Shown here piece after piece: positions 27,883-40,862 of a DNA stretch of 64,000 nucleotides; the stretch's first letter is position 1, and each line of letters opens with the position of its first letter. The translations under genes and the position numbers were made by a program. The stretch lies in NCBI GenBank assembly GCA_965285935.1, contig OZ260663.1, forward strand, positions 29,264,001 to 29,328,000, read 5' to 3'. This DNA is from Ophelia neglecta. Lineage: Eukaryota. The notes beneath the pieces were generated by a model, which saw only the letters and a program-made list of their open reading frames with translations, was not told the origin of the DNA and did no database searches.

Positions 27883-28230
27883 TTATTTTGTTCTCAGCAG
27901 CTCAGCGCCAAACACATGCTTTGGCACGCTTTTCTTTTCATCAGGGTCCATAATGATGTCAAGATGAAAAATCGTCAATGTTCGCTCTAAACATTCTATG
28001 ATGTGCTTCAGTGTGTTTGGGTCGACCTTACTTGGTAGTTTTTTTCTGCCTAATGCCAAACATGCCAGACAACGAATCCCTAGTCGCATATATATTTTGT
28101 GATATTTACGCTCATTATATCAGCAAAGATCTACAGCTGCACTGGGAACGAACGGTTATAGCGTTCGATGAAAGTCAGTCCATCTCATTGGAGCAGACTT
28201 CTGGTAATGGCGTAGTGAAAGACTGGCAAA
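27883..28230 (-). pseudogene. Decayed cadherin repeat fragment
   Basis: IMSVNIT, then after a frameshift TIFHLDIIMDPDE (VxAxDPD-like). About 71% DNA identity to 24030-24182. Confidence 0.55.
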
Positions 28231-28437
28231 TTTAGCTACGGAAAGAATATACATACGTATACATGCAAGGCGCCCGAATGTGGAATTGTCGGTTTACATT
28301 TCTTTATTTACTTGTTTGTATTACTTAATGTTTCATATAAAATAATTATTCACACGCGTTTTCCAACACGATGTCTGCATCTTAAAAAATATAGCACACA
28401 TTAAAAGAAATTACGGCACACGTTAACAGAAAGTCAC

Positions 28438-28439
<2 letters not shown>

Positions 28440-28475
<36 letters not shown>
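28440..28475. repeat. (AT)18 microsatellite
   Basis: Perfect dinucleotide run at the 3' end of the L2 remnant. Confidence 0.95.
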
Positions 28476-28477
<2 letters not shown>

Positions 28478-29600
28478 TATAAGATCGATAAAACAACTTC
28501 AGCATAAAAAATTGAATACATAAACAGGCTTTCCTAAAAGTAAATGTTGATACTTTACAAATGAGTTAGAGGGGACGATTGTCTAACGTTCACTTGCAGT
28601 CTATTTCAGAGCCTATTAACCATACAGGAGCACACACTGCAAATGCACTGTCTCAGGCAGAAGTAAAGGTCTGACAAAATGAGCTGACCTGCCGATCACA
28701 AGCTGTGGCTAAGGTATATAGTCCAGGAAGAAGGAAGCCGTATATACTAAGGACAAGAATCACTGTTCAGGACATTGTACATTAAAGTGGGAATTCTAAA
28801 CTGTTTTAAAAACCCAAAAAGAAGTCAATGTAGCCCTAATATGATGGCAGTGACAGACTCGTTCATGCCTGAAGACATGATAAGACGCACTGTTCTGTAC
28901 TGCACCATGCGGAGTCGGTGCACAAGAGCCCACGTGCTCACAATTTCCCCGTTGTAGGTATCAAGACGCGACACATCGAGAGTTTGCACGAGCTGGTGGG
29001 AGGCCTGCCTAGTAATGTTCCCAAAAGTACAATTTTATGTTGGTGGAACTGGCAGATTTGGCAGTATTACTCATGAAGTGTGACATTTTCAGTTTGTGTC
29101 AAAAACCGCTCCAAGAATTCTAATTAATTAATTGGCAATACTGAGACTGATGTATGAAAACCTTTGAGCATTTTCCCGGTGGAAACGAGGAGGATTACAG
29201 CCTTTTGAGCATTCAACTTTAATTTGTATGACAACATCCTAGAATGAATTCGTGGGATACACCTTTCATGACGCTGATATTCCGATTGGAATCACCACAA
29301 TCTCCAGGCTCTGATATTCCGAGTAAGAACTGAGTTTCATCAATATAATGGAGTTTTTCCAAGCCAGAGGAAAGCACCAAATGGTGCCGTGGAAGCAGAC
29401 CCACCAGGAAACACAGTGGACCGAGAATTGACCCTTGCGGAACAGAGAAATCCAGACTAACAGCTCGAGACATGGCAAGCACAATCTTCACCCTCTCGGA
29501 GCGACAAGTGAGGTTTGAATGGTTAGTGTGAAAATGAGTCGAGCAGCGAGGAGCGATTTAAATAGCTAGGGATAATGGAAAATGATTATTTATAGTCCTG
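28476..29600 (-). mobile_element. Decayed, 5'-truncated L2/CR1-group LINE (RT and C-terminal region)
   Basis: Colinear motifs across frameshifts: SVPQGSILGP (29443-29417), YIDETQF (YADDTQL), KLKLNAQK, IRILGAVFD, LVQTLDVSRLDTYN, RLRMVQ...RLI, LH*L, AFAVCAP, L*NRL (LWNSLP). Confidence 0.85.
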
Positions 29601-30284
29601 CCACATTGTCCGACGCTTTTGCTTACTTTGAAAGGCTACCTGTACTATACACATGATTCCTTCCTCGTTAGAAGACTGGGACGCGTTGATTCACAGTAAG
29701 AGCATAGTATGTACCTTAATCAATCATCTGCACTCGTAGCGCACTCGATTGTTGCCCCACTGTTTTTGACGCTCGTTCGAACCCGCTTTAAGACGGATAA
29801 GTGTTTTATTTTAACAAAAAATATTTGTGCTTAATTATTAGCATGTTTGGCAACTTAAAATGTGTTTCCTTAGAATTTGAGGTATATTCCACGCAAGGTA
29901 ATTCTAATTTTATGACAAATTGTAAGGCAATAAATTCTCTCACCATAGGCTACCACTGCCTATTCCCCACATCATAAGTTGTAGGTCGGGAATATGACTT
30001 AAGTTGCTATATAGATAGGCCTAATATATCGCAATCGGTTTGTTCAAGATTATATCACGATATGAATGACACTTATACAACAAAGCTTTTTCAACCTTGC
30101 AGAATTTGTTATTCTTGCAATTGATGAATAAGCCTATATGTTCTTCTCTTTTCCTTCACTCTTGTTTACTCGCTCCTCGACTTTTAATCTTGCCCCTCGC
30201 TTTTTCAACTCGCTCAACAATACTCGACCAATTTACACGCTCATGAATGGACACAATGTCGTTAACACCTAACAAGGGCTTCAT

Positions 30285-30500
30285 CTAGATCAACGTGTCT
30301 GATAAAAAGGAAGTTGTGGTGATGAGGGAGTAGTGGTGGTTTTTGCTTTCACATTTTGCACAGAACAGAATATAAAATGCGTGTTTGTAATATGCATTTA
30401 TCGTTATTAATACCACAAGGGTTGCGAAGGTGAACGTCGAAATTCTAAATCTAATCGATTTGGAAATTTGGTAGGAAAACGGACGAACTGTCAGACACAT
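30285..30500 (-). pseudogene. Decayed cadherin repeat fragment
   Basis: FSYQISKSIRFRISTFTFATLVVLITIN resembles IxYxIxxxxxFxIDxxTGxLxxxxxLD. Confidence 0.4.
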
Positions 30501-32239
30501 GGATGCTTAAATATATGGCAACACTAAAATACGTATCATCTCACGGAGTCTTGGAGCCATCTTTGCTCACACGTCACCTGCCCTTGTTCCGGAGAGGATA
30601 CCAGACGGTCCATCGATCCTAACCCTCGTCCCCTTTCTTTATCGGCATTGCGTGTTATGATTTACTATATGTAGAAAGACGGCAATCAATAGGGTCAGGT
30701 TCTACCTGCCAGAGACAAATAGTTCCCAAATCAAATGTACAAATCCTCTAGCAAGGTCGCGCTCAAATTCGGTTAAGAGAACATATATCTCTATTCTACC
30801 TATGCCTTTTACTGATAAATATAAAACAACCTGTCGATCATTAGATTTAAAGACTATTAAGGAACTCATTTAGTTTTATAGTATTCGTTTTTGTTATTAT
30901 GCGCTAGTTACTGTGCATATGTCTTCCAACTAATCGTAGGGCGACAATCAATGAAGTATGTATAACAAATAAATTATATATTTTCATACCATCTTTGAAA
31001 CTGACACCTGTTCCATTAAAAGCTTTGCATGTTTGGTTGAGTTATATTTTAAGAAGAAACTAGCATGGGATAGACAGCACATGATGACATCCGGAAAGCA
31101 AAGTTTCAATTTTTCGTAGAGATTATTTTCTTTAATAATGAGAAAACTTCTTCAACCGTGTCGAAATGGGTTTTCTTAAATAATGTTGGGTATTGTCATG
31201 CGTAGCCCCGAATAGCTTAAGGTCTGAATCTAGTGAAGTAATTGATATCAAAGTTTATACTTGTGTTATATGTGGTAACAGAAACCATAGTGTCATATCA
31301 GGCGGTAAGAAGATATTAAACTCATATAAGTTTGGCGTTCCCAATTAAATCTATTAAATGAACACTTTTACATGCAAGGCATGTTTTATGTTAAAGTTTC
31401 ATCAGTTGTTAGAGGATCAACTCCCTTATACGTTTGTAAAACTGATTAGAAATAGGTCCAGAATATTTCCATATATATGTTTCTTACTAAATTTGAGTTA
31501 TGTTCAGTTTTTATGAATTACACGACAAATCGGTATCTAATGACTGAAAAATTTCTCGTTTGTAATACATCAGCTCCCTCTTCCCCATTTATCGTCCAAC
31601 AAAAGATATAAGCTTTTGTTCCGAGGAACTGTGTATATTGATTTCAATAATATGGCTTTCTTTCAATGATACTTGGTTTTCGAGTTACATGCTTTTCTGT
31701 TCCTGGTGGTTTTGCTTAATGAGAATGACGACTCTAACCTGATCCTCCGTGACTCAGTCTCGCATTCCTCTTCATAAAATCTAACATTCCCTGTGGGAAA
31801 TCAGTTTGCACGAATCACGGTGATCTGTTTAACTGATTTATGGTTTTGTCATGACAGACACTCAATTTGAGTCTTTGCTATCTCCACTATCGAAGAACCG
31901 AGATCAAGGTCGAAATATTGCGTTTTCAAATAATGCGCATGCATGTTTTGTCCGCCGAGAAAGCTTGGGAAGTGGTCGTTATGTATAAACCAAAAGTACA
32001 GGCAAATCAATATTATTTTATATCACAGCAAGAGTGAACGTGAGTTATGCAATTCCTATGAGCGGAGTAACTGTAAGGTGGCAACATTGATGTTAGTGAC
32101 AATCTTAGACTTTTCCAATAAACGGGTTTTCCTTTGTTTTGTTTCATTCTTAAAAATACTGTTTAAACACTATTTCCGTTATTCATTAGGCGGTTTGGAT
32201 TTTGTTGATTGATTTGGTTTTGACAAAAGTATAGGACAT

Positions 32240-32320
32240 TCAATGATAAGCGCCGACCTTTGTAGTACTCTTGGAGAAGCCGTACCTGGTGTCGCGTCTT
32301 CCCAGCAATATTACCAGCAA
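32240..32320 (-). pseudogene. Decayed cadherin repeat fragment
   Basis: WEDATPGT...VLQRSA. EDATPGT (32281-32301) fits the cadherin EDAxxGT motif exactly. Confidence 0.5.
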
Positions 32321-33129
32321 AACCTTTATTCTCACTGGCCTAGAAGGACTTGCCAGTCCATTCCCGTGTACCGGAGATCATATAGTCATACATATATAAT
32401 ATATAGAGGAGGCTGTTGGTCTGTCTATCAGATGCCATTTCTGTTTAACAGGATACGTTTTGCTCCTTGATGTGGTTAACTGCAGGCAACGACCGGATTA
32501 GGTAATACCTTTAAATCCACGCGGATTAGTATCTTTTCCATTCTCACGTTCACGATACTAGGCCCGAAATGAAAACAATTTCACCATCAGGTGGTGCTGC
32601 TGGGTCTCAGCTTGTCCAGGTCGTTACGCCATCAAACAGATTTATCGGAATATTTTTGATTAATTATAAACAAATTTTCTTTGAGATCTCTACGACAAAT
32701 GTTTCCATTATTTTCATTACTTGTTCTGTGTATTCATAGCGTTGTGATATTTTATTATATGCATTCATGATTAAGGTGACTTATTTATTTAACGTTTGTC
32801 ATTCTGTTATGTGCTTTGTTTATTTATGTGAGTTTGTAAATGTGACTGATGTATGCCTGTTACCAATATAATCAGCTTATTTGGTTAAATAACGTTTGTG
32901 TATTGGAGATTTTCGTATTTCCAGTTCTATCTTAATGTCTCTACAATCTCTTCACAATCAGTGTATATGTGGTTCTGATAAATCAGCTTACATTTGAGCT
33001 TATCTATATGAATCTGCAAACTAGCTGCTTCTATGCGTTCGTTACAATTATTCTTATCTATGTAATTTAATCTTGACCTTGGCCATGGGGTCCTATTGGT
33101 TAACTGAAAGTAAAAGTAGACTTAGAATT

Positions 33130-33680
33130 GAAGATTGTATGTCTTGGGGCAGAGCACCTGGCTTTACAATCCCAAGGTACTTTATCTATTCATGTTTTAA
33201 ACATCATAGAGGTGTCCAGCATGTGGATCTTAGAAAGGATAAGAACCAATATATCCGATGACGACTCTTTTAGAAAATAATTTGTGCCAATCGTAATCGA
33301 AGTCACAAGCATTTCCTCGCCATCCATTCTTAGTCTAGAGAGGGAAGCAGTCGATCCATTTATCCATAACTATACCCTCCCACTCCCCTCCATTTATCGA
33401 CCTCTGAGAAAATTTGTTATAGGTTATCTAGAGAGGCGGCTATCAATAATGCCACCTGCACCCGTTTCTTGAAAATTAATTCCCATGGTGAACTAAAGCC
33501 TTTTAACAAGGTAACGTACATTTTAGTACCATGCTTATACTGTGCAGTTTATGGTCCCAATAGAACAGAGCTCTACCTTACCTTCCTGATATCACATCCT
33601 GTTAGTGGTCGACATAAGCATCCTATTTTAGTGTTGACCCCAATTCACCATGTACCCTTCAGTTCTTTGCGACAATAATA
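33130..33680 (+). mobile_element. Possible highly decayed L1/Tx1-type endonuclease fragment
   Basis: Ordered weak motifs MSW..G..P..IYS.FK, ERRLSI (GRYII-like), AVYGPN (NIYxPN-like), LLVVDI (GGDFN-like) across frameshifts. Confidence 0.35.
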
Positions 33681-34551
33681 TGATTCATGTTTCTAATGGA
33701 ACCTATACAAAATGCGTGTGATCATCCCTTCAGTCAGTAACTAAAACCCTCTTGGCTTTTGAATCGTGGTTTATTTATTGACAAAACTGGGACTGACGGA
33801 TCACCTGCCTAAACCTTCTTTCCTTATGACCTCACATGTTTTTCACACACAAAAATACAGTAAGTGATGTGGCTTACAAGCACTGACTTTGCTGAGTGAC
33901 ATCGTTATAACCTGCCTTATACTTTTTTTAAAAAACAAATGTATATTTGAAAAGGATTTCTAAATATAAGATTCCATATAAACATCTTTTTTATGACACA
34001 GTGCATTGCTATTCCATATTATCATCGTTCAACATATAAAGTTGTTATGATTACGGAACAGCAAAGAGAACTTCTTTTAACATTATTAGCGGGGCTCCAT
34101 AGTTCAATTAAAGGGAAATATGGTCATATTCATTAGCATCAATTAAATAAAACCATTTCTAGTCTAGTTACTTGTTTTACCTTGACACTGCGACTGTAAT
34201 CTTATCGTGTTATCGTGTATATCCTCGAAATAGCTAAACATCACTTGGCACGAAAAGGCACTTCTTACATGGTAGTTAGGCGATTACTGCGGAATGCATT
34301 CTCAATGTGATAAAAGTGTAATGACCTGTGTATAGTTACAAAACCATTGTAAAGTGTGTCCTGGTTAACAAACATGGCCTCGTATAGTTTTTTATTATTT
34401 GAACTAGGATTTTAATGTTATTCTCTCATTGTATCTTTAAATTTCAAGATTAAGTCTATGAAGTGTTGAAACTGTTGTTTACGCCCAGGAAACGGAATAA
34501 AAGCTTGCAGGGGTGGAGAGAAGTGCACATCTACTCAGAATCTAAAGGTAA

Positions 34552-34600
34552 CCCCCCCCCACACACACACACACACACACACTCCCACACTCCCACACCC
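34552..34600. repeat. C9 + (AC)11 microsatellite with degenerate tail
   Basis: Direct reading. Confidence 0.9.
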
Positions 34601-35689
34601 CAAAAAATAATGAAAACATCAGTAACATCCAGATGTATTACAAAAAGCAAGGTTGGTTCAAAAACGGATTTTATTTCCTTTAATTTGAAAACAATTAATA
34701 TTATTTTCAGTCAGAAATCTTCCTAAACTATCCTCTACCAATTCCTCAGCGGTGGTGATTATTTGTCATAGTTTCAATACGACATATTATCCCACTTCAC
34801 TCTGTACGTGTTGGTTTTACCGCCCGGGAACGTTTACCAGTGTCGGGCTCTCATATTCAACTTTAAATCTTTGGCTGCATTGGACTGGATTATTGATGTA
34901 ATGATCCGCAATGGTGTAGTATATCGCCGACAAGGCTGTCCGAGAGACGAATTAACACTTGTGCTCTCCCCATCTCGCACAATACAGCTAACTCGTCACA
35001 TTTTTGACTGCATTTACACAGCAAAAAATCGAGGGACCCGAACACGAGGAGCAATATTCTACAGAGCGAATGCTCCAAAGAAAAAGTATCAATTGAGAAT
35101 ATTGCATAACGTCTGCACGAAATTAGCATGAACCTCAAAATAAAACCACATAAATCAATAGAAAATAGACATAAAGCCAAATTAAGGTTATTGGCATAAT
35201 TGAATTATATCTTTATGAGGTATCACTTCAGTGATACGAACCCCGATAAACATCGGTCGAATAGTTACCTTAACTGTGCATAGACATAAACTGTACATAC
35301 GTAAATACTGATTGCCCGCACATAAGCTCGTTGGACAGCGGTGCCAAATGCCTTGAAATAAGCTGATTTGCATAACATGTGAAATGGACATATTCGTTCT
35401 CTAACCAGTGGTACTGAAGCACAGCCGATCATTATCAATTTTGATTGATGTAGGCACTACATAGATAGCAAAAGGTTCATAACCAACTATATACCATGGC
35501 TGACCTATTTAAAACCATACTTGACTTATTAACCCCTTACAGTTTTGAGCAACGAGTTACCGCAATGATTGTAGTTTGTCATTATAGGAATTAAACTATT
35601 CAAGCTAAGTTCTAAGTTGACTGAAATCATTTTGTTTACTGTTTTTTCGCCAGAGCCTATGGTGAATCATATGGCGAATCACCGGCACC

Positions 35690-36060
35690 AAGGTATGGAA
35701 GATGAACTATCCAAACATCTGTCTGCTTATGATGTCAGATGACGTGCTCAATAAGCTCAATGGTATCTCGTATAATTCATCACGTTTTGATATAATGCGA
35801 CATATAATCAGATTTAGCGGCAATTGAGTCAGCCTCGTGTTAACCTCCTGCGCGTGTTCCCGCTTTTTGTCTTCATTGGGCCAGCGTTTAGGACACTGCC
35901 GCCTGCCCAGATGGTCTGTCTGTCGTGATAAACCACCCTCGAGCTAGACATTTATAAGGCAAGTCGACCAAACCGCAAATTAAATTTAGCAGCCAACATC
36001 GTTCTTTCATTAGATGCGGCGTCGGATATTTCCAATCTAATGTCAATTTCATTTCTATCA
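35690..36060 (-). pseudogene. Decayed cadherin repeat fragment
   Basis: GWFITTDRPSGQAAVS*TLAQ* resembles GxFxIDxxSGxIxVxxxLDxE. 57/80 nt identity with 39816-39895, with mismatches biased to third positions of the minus frame (NEIDIRLEISDAASNERTM vs SDTDIGFKISDATPNDKTL). Confidence 0.55.
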
Positions 36061-37229
36061 AGCATCGACCATAGCTGCAGTGAAAAGAATGACCTCATAT
36101 ATTGCTAAGCGGCCTTTGATACAGAGCTAGGTGGAAGTTCCATTATGACCCAGTAAATAAAAGACTTCATCAAAAGATGGCAAATGACATATCTTATCAC
36201 TCGTAACAGGGACAAGTTTTAATCATCTGGAATATAAAGTGGCTGGACTGCAAAAGAATGAGCAACGTAACTGAAACTGCATGGGTGTGCGTTAATTCAA
36301 CGACATTTAACAGAACACGAAAGATGGTCTAAGCAAGATAATATTGCTTCTTATTAAAGTTTATAGTAATGTTTCCTTTAGTTGATTGCACTATAAATTG
36401 GATAAAATTTAAATGCACGCTGAATTATTTCAGCATTTATAAGAATCGGTCGGTATTCACGAAATCATTCTGTAATTAAACTACCGACGGTTATTTGAAC
36501 ATACTTTCTTTAAATTGCGCAGGCGCATGACATATTTTACTTTTTTATAATGATATAGCTAAAAAATCATAAAAACTTGAAACACATAAGATTAGATATG
36601 TTTTCACCTATCAACACAAAGCAGTGTCTCTTTTGAACTAAGAAGTTTCTATTTTATGTTCAGTGTATGAATGTGTGCCGACAACTTTATTGTGCGATTA
36701 CAGACTCTCACAGTGTCCCAATTTTCAGCCATTTCCCAAGGGATGATCCTGCTGTCTGACATCTGTACAAAAAAAACCACCCACCGTCGGCAAATGAAGA
36801 AACGTTTAATCGAATGACTGAAGTCAAATCACCCGCTGGAGACTTGTTTTATGACAATGTTTTCTTTCAGCACCTTTTTTGAATTACTGCAACGAGATAT
36901 TAATCAATAGATAACTGGTTTTAGCGCACATTAAGACTTCTTCTAAAAGTCTTTGTCGTACCCACCTGGCGAGATTCTAATTATTACTCTTTTAATGGGG
37001 CTGAAATCTCCTAACAATCGGAGTAACTTGGTGTTGTCTCGGGACAATAACTCAGTACAATGTTTTCAATAATTATCTTTCTTATTGCCGGAGTTAATCG
37101 CCGTTTAAATGCAATGTTTCAATAATGATGTAGTAATCTGTAATATGAACATCAATGAAGCGCACTGACCTCAAATCTGAGTATGGTAGGCCTATTTGTC
37201 ATTGGATCGACACCGTGACTATATACTGT

Positions 37230-37960
37230 GACAGTGTGACTATGGCTTGTCTCTTGACTGTTATTGTGCATGTTATTTATCTATTGCCTAACAGATGGGA
37301 ATATAGTATGTCTTTTGACTGACAGTGTCCCCGTGGCTTGTCTATTGACTGCCAGTGTGAATGTGATTTATCTATAGACCGACAGATGTGAATATAATTT
37401 GTCTTTTGACTAACAGTGTGAATTTGGCTTGTCTCCTGACTGACATTGTGCATACTGTCTGGCCATTGACTGACATTGCAAAACTCCTTTGTCTATTGAC
37501 TGACAGTTCAAATATGATATGTTTATTGACTGGCCATGTAAAAATGGGTTGTCTATTGATAGTTGGTGTCAAAAATGTTTTTTATTTAGTGACAATATGA
37601 TCATCTTTCAATTGACTGACCATGTGAATTTGGTCTGTTTCTGCCTGAAAATGTGAATATGGCTTGTCTTTTGACTATATTATAACAGTCTAAACATAGC
37701 TTCTCTACTGACTGACAAGGTAAAATTCTCCTGTCTAAGTATTGATCGACAAAGTTAATATGAGTGTCTATTAAATGACAGTGTGAATGTGGTTGATCTA
37801 TTGACCCAAAGTGTAAATGTAACTGATCTAACGAATCACAGCGTGAATTTGGCTGGCAGTGTGACTATGGCGTATGGATTAACTGACCGTAAGAGCATAC
37901 TAGTAGTTTGTCTATTGATAGGCGGTGTGTTTATTGACTGGCATTATTGAGTGAATGTTC
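37230..37960. repeat. Degenerate 30-bp minisatellite (consensus about GACAGTGTGAATATGGCTTGTCTATTGACT), about 24 units
   Basis: TTGACT / GACAGT recur with 30-31 bp periodicity. The first units form a 30+30+31 = 91-bp higher-order repeat. Confidence 0.9.
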
Positions 37961-39559
37961 TTTGTCTTCATAAGGGCAGTCAATGGATATGGTTTGTCGA
38001 TTTACATTTTATTTATTCTACCTGCGCTTGTTTATCTCGGGCAATCGGATAGAAGATAGTCTAGGCCTACTTTCATTTTAATTCCCCATTGTGTAAGCCT
38101 GCCAGACGGCTTACAAAGGAAGTTTAATTCTAAATTGTAAAGTGGATAGCTTACCTGGGGAATCAAACGTTTCATTCATTGCACGTTTCCAGATTAGTAC
38201 ACAAAAACGGCCTATATATGTGTTTTGTAAACAACACTTATGCTGCTTATAGATATTTTAAGCAAGGTCTGGTCATTAACGCATCCTTCCCTCGGCCATA
38301 TGCTGTGAAATCTAGCACGTTCTTAACATCCGGTAAACCAGACGTAACCCATGAACGCGTAGTCATGAACGAGCTACGTTCCTATTGATTAGTGCCCAAT
38401 ACATTTGTTTGACTTTAGGCAGTCCCTGCTAAATGCCTATTGATACTTCCTCATTTATCACCATTTCGAAAGATTGTTTTGTGGAAGAATAAAGGAAAGA
38501 ACAAGAGCGCTACATCAAAGGAAAAGCTCCCGCCCGCATGGAGTTTCCAACGGTCTGAGTACCGTTCTAATTTTAGTTTTGTTTCAGCTTTCAATATTGC
38601 CAGACAAAAGAATCGTTACGTTTTATAGTATTGCCTGTACTACTTTCATGTAGAATTCTTTGGTACTTGCATGATCCAAATCAATGAGATTGCTTTTAAT
38701 GCAGAATGTGTCGGAGGATGAAGGGGATAACATGATTATAGAACACAGTTAATCAACTCCTAGTTTGGTCTTATATGTTTTATGTGTGCTATCGAAGGTC
38801 ATAATCGTGATGACTTATGCTCTGTTTGTGCCATTCATTGGCTGTGTAAACCGATATGGTGAAGTCAGTCTAGGGGCTGGGTCCTGATCTCATTGACAGG
38901 TTTACGCTGACCTTGGAGCAGAGTATTCCCGACAGGTTATCGAATGGCAGGAGAATCGATACATCCTGCTCGGGTGTCTAAACTGGAATAAATCACCCGC
39001 GATGCCACAGCCCAACCAATGTGTCTTCAAAACAACATTACCGTGTTATTTCACAATACATTAATTTTGCAGATTACGATTAAATTTATCATATTATCCG
39101 TTTAATATACTAAATCAGTAATATACTGAAACCTAACGTTACTAGCTGATAAAATCTAATTCAATATGAATGATTGCAAAACGGGTAGTCTGTCAGGTTT
39201 CGTAATACTTGCCACGCCCCAAGGAGAGAATAAAAGTTTTTTTTTTAAATCGAGTATATTTTAAGAAAATTTTCGATACATTGACGGGCGAGACTTTGTA
39301 TCTACTTCTGCATGATTACTGGCACTTTAAAGTTTAAACTTGCCGTTAACATGACATGACATAACATGACAGGCCATGCCAATACGGTGCCGTCTTTGTC
39401 ATTTGGGGACGAACATTAAATCTCATGTGGAAAAATAAGCTCAATGTATTTAATTGCCCTAGGAATTATCGCACAGGTTTACCGATTTTAGCTGGAATGT
39501 TGTCAGTGACCATGAATATATACGAAAAAAGGAGAATGACATTAGTTACCAACAAGGGT

Positions 39560-39960
39560 GCTAGGCATTGACAAGAATCTCTGGACATATACCACCGGAG
39601 ATATTGACCTAACATATAGAAGGTTCGAACGAAAAGGGACTATTTCCATTCTACTTCTCTTGCCATGAGCCAACGGTTTGCTCAAATCTCGTCTCAGTTT
39701 CCCCCATCTTAGTCATCATATCGGACAAAACACCGATGTTGGCCCACCAGATGTTCACAAGCGTTTCTAATGGCAGGCCCCCCGGGGCAGTTGCCAAGCC
39801 GAGGGACGCCGGCTGAACTGCAAATTTGATTTTCAGACGACAGCGTTTTGTCATTAGGCGTCGCATCCGATATTTTAAAGCCGATGTCAGTGTCACTGGT
39901 TTTGAGCGTTTGCTGAACATTGTCAGACGCATGGGACAAACTTATCCGTCTCAGTGTCAA
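39560..39960 (-). pseudogene. Decayed cadherin repeat fragment
   Basis: QTLKTSDTDIG resembles TLxAxDxDxG. Ends in VNISGGICPE, matching VNVTNVICPE of the 24 kb copy. Confidence 0.55.
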
Positions 39961-40862
39961 ATCTCAACGTGACTTGCAACCCCCAAAAAATAGACAAATC
40001 CATGAAATAAGGCAATATGTCACATGCAACGTTTTTGCCTAAGGCCCTGGCCTCCGGCTTGTTTGAAAAAAGCTAGGGTACGAACGGGTTTGACACTTTC
40101 CCGTGATGAATGGGTCAAACTCTGCCGTTTTTTTCAATATTTAATGAAGTTCTCGTACCAAATACATTCATCAGTTTTCAATATTACTATCCTAATATAA
40201 TGGCATATTGCAGTCTTTTTTCCAATCCGTTCTAGTCATTGCTCAAATCTAATATTTTCCAACGAGTAGGCCTACTTTATGCTTAACCAAAGAAAATATG
40301 TGTAGGGCTGAATCAGCCAATTATTTATTCGCTCATGGGAGAGAAGTTGTCAAACCGATTGCGTTTTACAGATTGATTCTTTTTAAATATTTAATGGAAA
40401 ATAAATGTAATTTCCTACCATTATCTGCTGGTCTATATTATTAAGCAAAATCATAATTTTTAGTAAATCTCATTCTCTAAACTGCTATTTTAATTTGAAT
40501 CCAACAGAATCAAATGGAAAGATATTTTCCCCTAAATTGGTCTCTAGTGAATTCCTTCCGCTTATCTTACACGACGCCACCTCATTATGGCGGATAAAGT
40601 TCACATTACGTCAATTGCCGCCAATTGCTTTCTAAATCAAGCATTCAAGGACAAACAACACGATACAGGGTGTCCCAATAAATATCGTATTGTTATCATA
40701 ATCTTTCTAAACTTTTTTTTTTTGTCTTAATACACTTGCAATGGCCCTCGTTTAGAGAAGTCTCATATACACAAAGACATTACAAGCGTTAATATACTCA
40801 TTTTTTCACGACAGTTTCTATACACTTTAGATCAGGCGTCGGAGAAACATAAAAGGGAGACA

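Noticed and set aside
23964-28235. Similar plus-strand ORFs 23964-24188 and 28011-28235 (CDIxAHYI..LQLH) as a novel small protein family
   Set aside because: They are the codon-aligned antisense frame of the cadherin-like minus reading, begin at non-ATG codons, and the third copy at 17.2 kb is frameshifted. Not fully excluded, since both plus frames are stop-free.
37230-37960. CRISPR array or 10-aa repeat protein
   Set aside because: Contiguous degenerate units with no unique spacers in a eukaryotic context; 31-bp units break the reading frame.
39709-39960. IgGFc-binding, F-type lectin or P-element transposase similarity (CEHLVGQ, DIGFKISDA)
   Set aside because: The paralogous copies do not conserve the diagnostic residues or spacing.
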